From Macrostomum lignano (lineage: Eukaryota), in assembly GCA_002269645.1 (NCBI GenBank), contig NIVC01001032.1, positions 1-62,008 of the forward strand: 62,008 nucleotides of DNA, in the 5' to 3' direction. Of this stretch, positions 19,950 through 34,811 are shown in pieces. The notes beneath the pieces are model-generated. The model saw only the letters and a program-made list of their open reading frames with translations, was not told where the DNA came from and did no database searches. How positions within the stretch are numbered: position 1 is the stretch's first letter; the number at the start of each line of letters is the position of its first letter. Made by a program: the position numbers and the translations under genes.

Positions 19950-20673
19950 TAAGTGAACTCCTACAATTCTGGCAAGTCAGCGTCGAAACTTATATGGGAA
20001 AACTGCAAATTTTACTCTGCGTGCAGGTGTTGTCTACCAATTTAACTGCTCTGTGGACCAGACCGTCTCCTACGTGGGGAAAACCAAAAGACACCTACAC
20101 ACGAGGATCAGGGAACACTGGCTCAAACCATCTGCTATACAAACTCACCTCCTTGAATGCACTAACTGCAATGACTGCAAACCAGAAGAACACTTTAAAA
20201 TCATTGACCAAAGCCATACTGACGCCAAACTTAGAATTCTCGAGGCCCTGCACATAAAAGCTCAGACCCCGAATCTCAACACCCAATTACAACAACCAAG
20301 TGGTGCAGGTCACGTTCTCCGCGTTTTCTGAATAGTGAGTGACACAGTCGTGCACGCTGTGTACACTTAGCTTGACGTTCAATTACCTAAGCTAGCTACC
20401 GCCCCTGATTCTGCCTTTTGACCACTGGACAAGAATTGTGTACATTTGGTTTAACTTTCATTCTCAATCTATAATTCTTTCTCCTACCTACTATACCTAT
20501 GTATGTTGTTAAAGCCAAGTTGTAATCAATTGTTTTCAATCTTACCCTCCTTACCTGTGTACGTTGCAAAAACCAATATTTAATCAATCGCTTTCAATCT
20601 CAATTTCTCAAATCTCGTTCTAATAAAATCCTGACGATGCACCATGGCGTGCGAAACGCGTTGAAGTTGTTGG
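19950..20673 (+). mobile_element. 5'-truncated Penelope-like element: GIY-YIG endonuclease C-terminus (stop 20331) plus 3' pLTR region
   Basis: GVVYQFNC...YVGKTKRHLHTRIREH...HFKII...LRILEALHIKAQTPNLNTQ is the typical PLE GIY-YIG signature; hammerhead motif at the 3' end. Confidence 0.88.
20620..20673 (+). ncRNA. Minimal type I hammerhead ribozyme motif of the Penelope pLTR
   Basis: CTGACGA-T-GCAC(CATGGC)GTGC-GAAA-C-GC-G-TT: intact core, 4-bp stem II, palindromic AACGCGTT stem III, stem I ctaataaaatc/gaagttgttgg. Confidence 0.75.
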
Positions 20674-20679
20674 AAAGAG

Positions 20680-21670
20680 AAGAGTACACAGTAGAGAGGA
20701 GAGTAAAGATGACAGATGAGAGATGGGAGATGAGAGAGCAGAAACGAGAGTGAACAGACAAGAGATGGGAGAGTAGAGAGAAGAGGAGAGATGAGAAATA
20801 AGAGATGAGAGGTGCAGACAAGGGAGAGATGAGAAGTGAGTGAGGAGAGAGGAGGGGAAGGGGGAGAATCGAGAGGACAGGGGAAATTGGTGAAAAGGAC
20901 GAGAGAGGAGAGGAAAGAGGGGAGAGATTAGAGAGAAGAGAGAGAGGGGGGAGATAGCAGAGAGATGAGAGGAGAGAGAGGGGGGAGAGGAGAGAGAAGA
21001 TAAAAGAAGAGAAATGAGAGATAAGATAGCAAAGACGAGAGAGAAGGGAGGTGAGGGAAGAGACGATAGAATACATGAGAGGAGAGAGTTGAGAGAAGAG
21101 AGGAAAAAGAAGAGAGTAGAGATAAGGAAAGTGTTAAGAGAGGGTATAGTAAGGAGTGAGAAGATAGGTGAGGGAAGAGAGAGCTGAGAGCAGAGGGAAA
21201 CGAGAAGAGATAAAAGAGGAGAAAGGAGATATGAGAGACCAGAGACCAGAGAGAAAAGAGGAGAGGAGAGAGAAAAGAATAGAGGGGAGAGGGAAGAGAC
21301 GAGAGAGGAGAGAGGACAGAGGAGAGAAGAAATAAGAGATAAGAGGAGAGAGAGAGAAGAGACAAGAGAGAAGTTAGGAAACAGAAAAGAAGATGGAAGT
21401 TTCAAAGGATGCAAAGGACATAGGGAGAGGCAGAGGTAGAGGCCAGAGTTTGCCTGACATTCTGCGCAGCACCCCAGCCAACAATAGCAATGTTTGCCTC
21501 AAATCCTAATTTTACATGAATGTACACTATTTTATGTTTAACTCTATCCTAACTATTAACAAGTTTTTGTTTGGGTTTGACCTCAGATTTTAGAATACAT
21601 GCAAAAAATTCCAGGGAATGGAGTTCCCCGGGTTCAAAATCCGCGGGTTTCAACAGCTTGTACAAGATAA
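20680..21670 (-). mobile_element. Repeat family member (conserved ~250-bp head plus AG-rich body); inverted homolog of 35951-37570; Helentron/HINE-like
   Basis: 21430-21665 is the reverse complement of 35951-36240 (acaagctgttgaaaccc...ggcaaactctggcctct) and the homology runs into the AG/CT low-complexity body. Confidence 0.6.
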
Positions 21671-21958
21671 ACAAAAGTTCCAATTTAAATGCAACGGAAA
21701 AGTACAACAAAACGACAGCATGAATTATTCAAAATAAAAAACAATCACAACAATAACGAAATCAACAACAACAACAATATAACAATAATCACAACAAATA
21801 GAAAACACATCAGCAACAAGCCAACAACAGAACAAAAAGTACAACAACGATAACAACAAATAACAAATCACTAGTCGTGCTCAAAAGAAGCACTGTTCAC
21901 TCACAAACCGTGCAAGATTCGCTGGAGGCCGCATTTTTCGCTCAAAAAACATTTGACT

Positions 21959-22736
21959 CGGGGGTCGGACAAACTCCGGCCCACAAAGCCTCTTGATCCG
22001 GCAATCGGGTTCTTTGAAACTTCACAATAGCAATCCGGCCCGCTCAAAGTTTGTGTCTCTTCTCAGCTCTCTTCTCTAATCTCCTCTCTACCCTCCCTCT
22101 CTCCCTTCTCTCCTCTTCTCCTCTCCTCTGATCTCCTCTCTCCCCTCCTCTCCCTTCTCTCCTCTCCTCTCTCTTTAATCTCCTCTCTTCCCTCCTCTCT
22201 CCCTTCTCTCCTCTCTTCTTTCCTCTCCACTTCCCTCCTCATATTATCTTCTCTACTCTCCTTCTATCCTCTCCTCTTCTCCTCTCTCCCCTCCTCTCCC
22301 TTCTCTCCTCTCCTCTCCTTCTATCCTCTCCTCTCCTCCCTCTTCTCTAATCTCCTCTGTCCCTTCTCCAGCTTTCTCCTCTCTCTTCTCTAATCTCCTC
22401 TCTCCTTTCTCCAGCTCTCTCCCCTCCTCTCCTTCCTCTCCTCTTTCTTCTCTAATCTCCTCTCTCCCTTCTCCAGCTTTCTCCTCTCTCTTCTCTAATA
22501 TCCTCTCTCCTTTCTCCAGCTCTCTCCTCTCCTCTCCTCTCTCCCTTCTCTTCTCTCCTCTCCCTTTTCTCCTCTCCCTTCTCTCCTCTCCCTTCTCTCC
22601 TCTCCCTCCTCTCCTCTCCTCTCCTCTCCATTCTCTCCTCTCCTTCGCTCCTCTCCTCTCTCTCCCTTCCCCTGGCCTGCAGTCATGCACTAGGTTCCCT
22701 ATCTGGCCCTTCAGGAAAGAAATTTTTCGACCTTTA
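21959..22736. mobile_element. hAT-Charlie-like non-autonomous element with internal CT microsatellite
   Basis: 5' ggggtcggacaaactccggccc and 3' atctggcccttcagg...tttcgacc resemble Charlie/MER5-type ends; degenerate. Confidence 0.45.
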
Positions 22737-23053
22737 GCACAATAATGAAGAAGTTTTTCAGTTTTTTAGAACTTAGTCTAATTCTCAAAATCTAGTTTAA
22801 GTACAATACATAAGTAATATAGGAGTCCACTCACAAGTTGGTTATTGAAAATTGTTAAAAATTGCTTTAAAAATTAAAATGCTAAAATTTCAATGGTTCT
22901 TATCTCTGCAGTGTACTGGTATCCTACGGACGGATTTTTCACGATAAAATTATTGGCCTGCGCCCATGTATGCTGCTACAATCGTATTTATGCTACGGAG
23001 TTATACGGCTATTATATATATTGCTATTGTTTTACTAGGGACGGCTGGAATTG

Positions 23054-23067
23054 ACAGGCAGTCAGGC

Positions 23068-23108
<41 letters not shown>

Positions 23109-23111
23109 GGC

Positions 23112-23168
<57 letters not shown>

Positions 23169-23169
23169 C

Positions 23170-23241
<72 letters not shown>

Positions 23242-23331
23242 GCAGACAGACAGACAGACAGACAGACAGATAGATAGACAGACAGACAGACAGGCAGATA
23301 GACAGACAGACAGACAGACAGGCAGTCAGGC

Positions 23332-23390
<59 letters not shown>

Positions 23391-23404
23391 GACACAGGCA
23401 GACA
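23054..23404. repeat. (GACA)n microsatellite
   Basis: Direct inspection. Confidence 0.95.
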
Positions 23405-24198
23405 GGCATACGAGCCTCACTGAATCAAAGACAAGAAAGATTTTGAATAATATATACCAGGGCGCTGATGTCGGTCGATCAAATGAACGTCCCCTCAGAT
23501 TTTAAAACGAGTGTATTGCAAGTTGGAACCAAATAAGTACATATAGTCCAACATTGTCACGGTCCGTTTCTCGGCCGACTTGTACAGTATTTACAAATAG
23601 GCTTAGCGGAGCTGTCTTTTTAAAGTGCAATAAATGTACTTTATCAAGGAGTCTCTCGTGATATGATTTTTTATGAAAATGAAAAGCGATAAAAATACAA
23701 GAGATGAATAGAAATGTACACTTTGATAAAATTCGGCACATTTACCATACACAAAGCCGAAAGACATAAAGCTTTAGTAATAAAATATATCATTCGACTT
23801 GAGGCTTTAGCTAAGCATAACTATAAAAACATAGTTATAATGCAAGCAGGGGATAATTTTAGAAAAAGAAGTTTTTTTTAAAAAGACATAATTAAACGGC
23901 CCATCTACTCCAGCGTTACAAAACAAAACGAATTGGCTACGTATTCAAACTCGCGCGAAAAATTAACAAAATTACGTGTTTATGTCCAGTTAAATTTAGT
24001 TAAAAACAAAATTTAATTTAATTTAATTTAAAAACCAATAAATAAATAACAAAATAAAAGTTCTATTTTTATCGTGAATATATACTAGTTATATTAATTT
24101 TTTAAGAAAATAAATATATGATGAAAATTTGTTTAACTGTGTTGGCTTTTTTTAATGATTTTTCGGATTGTAAAATGCGATTTTTTAAATCAAAATAT

Positions 24199-27100
24199 TC
24201 ACCGCGGATAAAACGAAGTTGCCTCTTGAATGCGCTCAGCCGGCAGCCTCAGTGCCGCCAAACCGCCGATCAGTCGGTCCCGCTGCAGTCGGCCGTCGAT
24301 CCGGTCGCGCCAATCGTTGAATTCGCTTCGATGCGCGGCGAACACGGTCACCAGCCAGATGACGCAAGTCAGCAACATGAGCAACACTCCGCAGACCATA
24401 GCGGCCAGAGTGTCGAACTCCAACCTGACACAAGTTGCATTCGGATACGTTGAAGCCAGATTTCCGTTGGCGATTAATCGACGTCCATCCGATTCTTTGA
24501 AATGCAGCCAGGTAAAAGCGCCGCTGGGTGCGAAGAGCAGCACTGAATAAGCAACGTCTGAGAACAAATCAATGCGACGCTTGCTAATGAGGCGGTTCAG
24601 GTATTGCAGCACCTGTCGGCACAGGATGCGAGGACCAGATGGGCGCTGTTGACTACGCATAATAGGATAGGCCGCTCCGCACAGCTCACAGGAAGTTGTC
24701 TGGCCAATTGTGACAAAAAATCGATAAAGCAATTTACTGTTTACCTTTGTGATCTTGGAAGAAGCTTTGATTTCGAAACTCATTCCCGAAGCCGTGATAA
24801 GGGACTTTATTCCCCTAGATCTATATGTAATGAGGGAATTAATTTCCCACGCTGTAATGAGGGAATTCATTCCCAAGCTATAATGAAGGAGTTATTCCCA
24901 AAGCTATAATGAGGGAGTTTATTCCCCACGCTGTAATGAGGGACTTTATTCCACAAGCTGTACTACACGTAAGAGAGTTTAGCCTCAAAGCTGTAATGAG
25001 GGGGGAATTTTTCCCATAAGCTATAATCACGGAGTTTATTCCCCAAACTATAATACGAGAATTTATTCCCTAAGCTGTAATGAAGGGGTATTTATTTCCC
25101 AATCTATATAGCAGGAATTTATTCCCGAAGCTTTAGTGAGGGAATTTATTTCCAAGCTGTAATGAGGGGGAATTTATTCCCCAATCTATATTGCGGGAAT
25201 TTATTCCCTAAGCTTTAGTGAGGGAATTTATTCCTCAAGCTGTAATGAAGGGGAATTTATTCCCTAATCTATATTGCGGGAATTTATTCCCTAAGCTTTA
25301 GTGAGGTAATTTATTCCCCAAGCTGTAATGAGGGGGAATTTATTCCCCAATCTATATTGCAGGAATTTATTCCCCAATCTATATTGCGGGAATTTATTCC
25401 CTAAGCTTTAGTGGGGGAATTTATTCCCCAAGCTGTAATGAAGGGGAATTTATTCCCCAATCTATATTGCGGGATTTTATTCCCTAAGCTTTAGTGAGGG
25501 AATTTATTTTCAAAGCTGTACTGAGGGGGTAATTTATTCCCTAAGCTGTACTGAGGCGGATTTATCTCCCGAGTTGTAACGAGGGAATTTATTCTCCTAT
25601 CTGTAATTGGAGCATACATTCCACCAGCCCAATCGCCCAAGCTCAGCAATATATTTCTAAAACTTCGAGTACTGTAAGAGGCGGGAATCTCACTCAACAA
25701 GCTCAACTATAATAAACAAAAGTAATATGTACGACTATGTTACTGCTGTAAAAATACATATAGCAAAATATGAAAACAAAATTCAGTCTGTACCCGCGAC
25801 TTGCGCAGCCATCTGACCAAGCAGCCGGCGTGAGTGTAAGCTATGGAGCCGGTGCATCTGCACAGGTTCAAGAGTGGATCGGAGTCACCGATGCCGTTGT
25901 GACAGCTACTAGGCTGTTGATGCACACCCAACCGCTTCCCGGTGCAATCGCCGTTGCTGTTTTCGCCTGCCTCATCGATGCTGTCGCAGTCCAACAGATC
26001 CGACTGCTCGCCTTGATGTGAAAAGTACATGCAGACAGTAAGCTATGTAGTCTACCACATGTACACGTGTGCTGAAGGGATGGGATGAAGGATTGAAAGG
26101 AAGGGATGAAGGGTTGAAAGGAAGGGATGAAGGGTTGAAAGGAAGGGATGAAGGGTTGAAAGGAAGGGATGAAGGGTTGAGGGGAAGGGATGAAGGGTTG
26201 AAAGGAAGGGATGAAGGGTTGAAAGGAAGGGATGAAGGGTTGAAAGGAAGGGATGAAGAGTTGAGAGGAATGGATCAGTGGTGTGATTGGAAAGTTTGCC
26301 AAATTTCGCGCCGACTGAAAATTTTCGCGCCATGCCAATAATATTCTACTGACAGCCAAATAAGTCAATTGATGACACTTTTGAAGATGCGTCTGGCTAC
26401 CAATTAGCATGTCTCTCAAGTCCCAGCCGTGTCCCGCCTGAACTTCTTGTTGGCGATGTTGGGTGGAATCTTTGAATCTGGGCAAATGGCCATCAGATCC
26501 TCGCAAGGTCCTCTTCTGACTCGAAGCTGCGATTCTTAGTGCAATCCTGACAACACATCTGATCTCTGCCACCCTTGCAGACGTAGCAGCCACATCTTCA
26601 GTGTCACTTTGCTTCTTTGCGACCACGAAATTCTCCACGAATCTCGAAATTCTCGAGATTAATCTCCTAAGCTATGACATTCTTGTATTTCATACTGTCT
26701 GACAATAGAATAAGTATAAAAATCAGAAAATAGGAATGCAATTTTCGCGCCAATGGTTCCACAAAATTTCGCGCCAGACCCCCAGGATTCGCGCATTCGC
26801 GCCATTTTCGCGCCTGGCGCGAATTCGCGCCTGAATCACACCACTGGAATGGATGAAGGGTTAAGAGGAAGGGATAAAGGGTTGAGAGGAATGGATGAAG
26901 GGTTAAGAGGAAGGGATAAAGGGTTGAGAGGATAATGGATGAAGGGGTGAAAAAGGAATGAATGTGTGGGATGAAGGGATTAAAGGTTGACAGAAAGGGA
27001 TGAAGGGATGAGAGGAAGGGATGAAAGGTTGAGAGGAAGGGATGAAGGTTTGAGAGGAAGGGATGAAAGGTTGAGAGGAAGAATGAAGGTTTGAGAGGAA

Positions 27101-27569
27101 GGGATGAAATGTTGAGAGGAAGGGATGAAGGGTTGAGATTAAGGGATGAAGAGTAGTTGAGAGGAAGGGATGGAGAGTAGTTGAGAAGAAGGGATGAAGA
27201 GATGAGGAGTTGAGAGGAAGGGATGAAGGGTTAAGAGGAAGGGATAGAAGGTTGAAAGGGAAAAACATACATGTAAAGGGTTGAGAGGAAGGGATGAAGG
27301 CTTGAGAAAGGGATGAAGTGTTCAGAGGAAGGGATGAATGGTTGGGGGAAGGGATTAAAGGTTGAGAAAGTGAGATCAAGGGTCGAAAAGGGTTCATTAA
27401 AATTTTCAGAACTAAGGAGAAAAACTAAAACTAAAAGCACCTTTAAAAGTACATCCCTAATTGGCATTAAACAAAACACACCGCTCTTACCGGCTGCTGC
27501 GTGACAGATGCGGCAGACAGCATCCGAGTCAATAATTGCAGTTGTTAGCTGTGATGAAAATTCGGTCAT
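24199..27569 (-). CDS. MARCH-family RING-CH (RINGv) membrane E3 ubiquitin ligase, ~265 aa; exons 27569-27491, 26011-25794, 24699-24199
   Basis: Spliced product gives CRIC...CRCTGSIAYTHAGCLVRW...CELC (C4HC3) followed by two hydrophobic segments. GT-AG junctions with phases 1 and 0; total 798 nt. Confidence 0.82.
24800..25590. repeat. Minisatellite with core GGGAATTTATTCCC (self-complementary), intronic
   Basis: Repeated gctgtaatgaggggaatttattcccc variants. Confidence 0.9.
26077..27365. repeat. 21-mer minisatellite gggatgaagggttgaaaggaa in two blocks (26077-26270, 26850-27365)
   Basis: Direct inspection; intron 1 of the MARCH gene. Confidence 0.9.
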
Positions 27570-28214
27570 TTTGCGATTTGAGCTCTCTTTTAAGTCGGTG
27601 TGGACGGACCGATTTACAATTTGTTATAATATGTCTTTAATTAAAGATTATAAAGTTCTTTAAAAAGCTAGACTGCCATAGACTTTTAAGACCCAAGGGC
27701 TCAAAAAAATTCTAAACAAAAGCCCTATTCTACTCTATGTCTACTCTAGATTTTTCAGTGAGTAGTTTGTCTGCGCATTGTCATTATAATTTCATGTGGC
27801 AGCTAAAATTTATTTCACAGCCTGATTACTTGGATTTTAAAACAATTGGAACTCTTACTCAGCTACAGAATATTTTGTATTATGTAAATATGTATATAGA
27901 TAAAGCCAGTAAAGTTTAAATATATTAATAGATATATGTATATATGTATATTTATTTAAATCGACTCAAGCTAAATAGAAAAACTTGAAACAAGCAGGAG
28001 AAACGGTGACTATTGAACAGCAGTGACGGCTTGCTTAGCATAGAAGCAGATAGAGGCCGATTAAAAAGCAATAAATTCGGATTTAATATTGTAGAACAAC
28101 ACAAGAAGCTGTGACAAACGATTACAATGGACAGATATTCGGACTGACAGGTATACATACGATGAAAACAAAGACGGAAGGATACAGATACAGAGAAGAC
28201 AAGACAGGTGGACA

Positions 28215-28415
28215 GACAAAGAATAAGAAAGGTAGAAAGACTGACACACAGACAAGTAGACAGAAGGACTGGCAGACAGAAAGACACACACAGACATACA
28301 CACAGACAAAGACAGACAGACAGAAAGACAGACGGACAGACAGACAGAAAGACAGACGGACAGACACGTAGACAGACAGACAGACAGACAGACAGATAGA
28401 TAGACAGACAGACAC

Positions 28416-28478
<63 letters not shown>

Positions 28479-28497
28479 TAGATAGACAGACAGACAC

Positions 28498-28534
<37 letters not shown>

Positions 28535-28657
28535 GGCAGTCAGGCAGACAAACAGACAGGCAGACAGACAGACAGACAGACCGACAGACAGATAGATAGA
28601 TAGACAGACAGACACAGACAGACACACAGACAGACAGACACAGACAGACAGACAGAC

Positions 28658-28710
<53 letters not shown>

Positions 28711-28765
28711 TAGATAGACAGACAGACACAGACAGACAGACAGACAGACAGACGGACAGGCAGGC

Positions 28766-28802
<37 letters not shown>

Positions 28803-28955
28803 CACAGACAGACAGACAGACAGGCAGTCAGGCAGACAAACAGACAGGCAGACAGACAGATAGACAGACCGACAGACAGATAGATAGATAGACAGAGAGA
28901 CACAGACAGACAGACACAGACAGACAGACAGACGGACAGACAGACAGACAGACAC
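28215..28955. repeat. (GACA)n microsatellite
   Basis: Direct inspection. Confidence 0.95.
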
Positions 28956-29924
28956 AAAATTAATGTATTGCACAATGCTAGAATACACCGCTGATTAGTC
29001 CGGGAAGCAATTAATAGCATCAGAAACTGGATTTACAGCATAGCAAATAAGCAGCCAGGTAACAGAATTATGGAGCGCATGCATAATGATATAAATAGGT
29101 TTATAACAGACACAGAGACCAAATCAATGCTCTTACAGGCATCGTAAATTGACTGAAGTTTTTGTCTAAAAAACTTTAATTATATAACATTAACAAATCA
29201 TTTTAAAATAGCTACATAATACTAGCATGTAAAACAGACTAGCCTTACTACTTACAGTAGCAATAATCAGTCACTTATCAAATTTTGCCATTACGAGAAT
29301 TGCACAAGCAGATGTGGTAAACTGTAAAAATTTACAGAGGCTATCAAGACTTATTTCATTACAATAGTAGAAACATAAGTAGTATATGGATGCAAATATG
29401 GGTAAAATGACAAGAAAAAATTTTTATTGACAAAGAAAAATATCACTCAAAATTAAAAAAGCATTGCCATTATAAAAACAAACAGTAGTAGCATATATTC
29501 CACCTGTAAGTAGTGTTAATGCAAAAATACAATCAAAAATACTTTAGTTAATGAAAAAAAATTAATCGTTAACTGATTCAAGTTTTTGAAATTAATGCAC
29601 AATAAATTAATATTATATTGCAATTACTGCGTATTAGCAGGCCAATTATGTCATTAACTAATGAAATTATGAAAAATAAGTCTTCATAAATTTTCCAAGA
29701 AACGAATGGGGAATTTCTGACACCCCTTTCAATCCTAATTCCTAAAGTAAACAAAATTTTGAAGCAGCAAAGTTCTTCTTTCTAAGAAATTCAAGCTGGT
29801 TTATTTTGAAACGCATTGCAATGCTACTGACAGTCTGACAGCCAATACAAAAAGCAATGGTTTGTTCTTACAGAAACATATTTTTGTTTTTAATCAAAAC
29901 TTTCAAGGCGGCTTTCTCAGGACA

Positions 29925-30251
29925 GCCTCCACCTGTAGCAACCAAACTTCTCCCATGGCTTGAGCATGCCTGTCATCTCCACCTGTAGCAACCCACTTCT
30001 CCATGGCTTGAGCATCCCGTCATCTCCGCCTGTAGCAACCCACTTCTCCCATGGCTTGAGCATGCCTGTCATCTCCACCTGTAGCAACCCACTTCTCCCA
30101 TGGCTTGAGCATGCCGTCATCTCCACCTGTAGCAACCCACTTCTCCATGGCTTGAGCATGCCGTCATCTCCACCTGTAGCAACCCACTTCTCCCATGGCT
30201 TGAGCATATCCCGTCATCTCCGCCTGTAGCAACCCACTTCTCCCATGGCTT
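29925..30251. repeat. ~48-49 bp tandem repeat (cccatggcttgagcatgcctgtcatctccacctgtagcaacccacttct)
   Basis: About 6-7 contiguous units. Confidence 0.9.
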
Positions 30252-30538
30252 GTCAGTGGCATTGCGATGCTTTATTAAACGTTATACAAAATTGAGCATG
30301 CACTTTTCCTTAGAAGAAATGTCCCACTTGAATTCACAGTTAGCTCATTTCACCGTGAGTTGGTCATATAAAACAGCTATCAATCATAGCTCTAGTTAGT
30401 TATTCGGCAGGCCTGATAGCGGGGACAATCGTAGCAGCGCACCTGAACTACCGGGCCGCCGAAACCGCCGTCGCGCCGACGTCGGGCCAGCCGTTTGCGT
30501 CGCGTTGCGGTCTAACGTACCGGTCCAGCGTGGCCAAA

Positions 30539-30851
30539 NNNNNNNNNNNNNNNNNNNNNNNNNNNNNNNNNNNNNNNNNNNNNNNNNNNNNNNNNNNNNN
30601 NNNNNNNNNNNNNNNNNNNNNNNNNNNNNNNNNNNNNNNNNNNNNNNNNNNNNNNNNNNNNNNNNNNNNNNNNNNNNNNNNNNNNNNNNNNNNNNNNNNN
30701 NNNNNNNNNNNNNNNNNNNNNNNNNNNNNNNNNNNNNNNNNNNNNNNNNNNNNNNNNNNNNNNNNNNNNNNNNNNNNNNNNNNNNNNNNNNNNNNNNNNN
30801 NNNNNNNNNNNNNNNNNNNNNNNNNNNNNNNNNNNNNNNNNNNNNNNNNNN
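30539..30851. other. Assembly gap (313 N)
   Basis: N run. Confidence 1.
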
Positions 30852-32055
30852 GAAGCACCGGAAGACAAAAGAAAGAGAGTCACAGTGAAGCACCGGAAGA
30901 CGAAAGAAAGAGAGTCACAGTGAAGCACCGGAAGACGAAAGAGCGTCACAGTGAAGCACCAGAAGATGAAAGAGAGTCACAGTGAAGCACCGGAAAACAA
31001 AAGAAAGAGAGTCACAGTGAAGCACCGGAAGACAAAAGAAAGAGAGTCACAGTGAAGCACCGGAAGACAAAAGAAGAGAGTCACAGTGAAGCACCGGAAG
31101 ACGAAAGAAGAGAGTCACAGTGAAGCACCGGAAGACAAAAGAAAGAGAGTCACAGTGAAGCACCGGAAGACAAAAGAAAGAGAGTCACAGTGAAGCACCG
31201 GAAGACGAAAGAAAGCGGGTCACAGTGAAGCACCGGTAAAGGAAAGAAGTGAAGCGGGTCACAGTGAAGCACCGGTAAAGGAAAGAAGTGAAGCGGGTCA
31301 CAGTGAAGCACCGGAAGAGAAAATAAAGCGGGTCACTGTGAAGCACCGGAAGACAAAAGAAAGAGAGTCACAGTGAAGCACCGGAAGACAAAAGAAAGAG
31401 AGTCACAGTGAAGCACTGGAAGACGAAAGAGCGTCACAGTGAAGCACCAGAAGATGAAAGAGAGTCACAGTGAAGCACCGGAAGACGAAAGAGAGTCACA
31501 GTGAAGCACTGGAAGACGAAAGAAAGCGGGTCACAGTGAAGCACCGGTAAAGGAAAGAAAGCGGGTCACAGTGAAGCACCGGTAAAGGAAAGAAAGCGGG
31601 TCACAGTGAAGCACCGGAAGACAAAAGAAGAGAGTCACAGTGAAGCACCGGAAGACGAAAGAAAGCGGGTCACAGTGAAGCACCGGTAAAGGAAAGAAGT
31701 GAAGCGGGTCACAGTGAAGCACCGGTAAAGGAAAGAAGTGAAGCGGGTCACAGTGAAGCACCGGAAGAGAAAATAAAGCGGGTCACTGTGAAGCACCGGA
31801 AGACAAAAGAAAGAGAGTCACAGTGAAGCACCGGAAGACAAAAGAAAGAGAGTCACAGTGAAGCACCGGAAGACGAAAGAGCGTCACAGTGAAGCACCAG
31901 AAGATGAAAGAGAGTCACAGTGAAGCACCGGAAGACGAAAGAGAGTCACAGTGAAGCACTGGAAGACGAAAGAAAGCGGTCACAGTGAAGCACCGGTAAA
32001 GGAAAGAAAGCGGGTCACAGTGAAGCACCGGTAAAGGAAAGAAAGCGGGTCACAG
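30852..32055. repeat. 31-37 bp satellite (gtcacagtgaagcaccggaagacaaaagaaagaga) with higher-order structure
   Basis: Contiguous units; invariant gtcacagtgaagcacc core with a variable purine linker. Confidence 0.95.
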
Positions 32056-32392
32056 GGAAAGACCGGCCCGATGAAAACGGTACCTAGGCCAACAATCGTC
32101 CCAGGGTTATTTCTTGCATCGCCCCAGAGTCGTTGCAGGTAAAACAGGAAAAAAGTGACTTTTTAAACGACTCTAAAACGACGAGATGTCCCGATACAAG
32201 TCGCCTAAAAGTCGTCCAAGAATCACTTTGAAGCGTTTTATTGTCCGCGAATCTGAAGCGATGCAAGAGACTCACTCTGGCGCGACGGTATAACCACTCT
32301 GGGGTCAGAAGGGAAGATAAGCAGACCGCTTAATGCATTGTAAGAGTGGCAACTAAGGTCGAACTGTCCGTAGCAAAAAGATGCTCAAACTA

Positions 32393-34811
<2,419 letters not shown>

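Noticed and set aside
17982-22690. Leu/Ser-rich or Glu/Arg-rich ORFs (also 14481-14909, 36152-37782)
   Set aside because: Products of CT/AG low-complexity tracts
26340-26670. Extra coding exon in MARCH intron 1
   Set aside because: No acceptor compatible with the phase-1 donor, and the RING model is complete without it
30852-32055. CRISPR-like array (conserved core plus variable linker)
   Set aside because: Linkers are short related purine runs, not unique spacers; eukaryotic context; no cas genes. It is a satellite.
32084-32290. Next CYFIP exon
   Set aside because: Phase-compatible but the translation has no similarity to the expected IVELDGLL-type continuation
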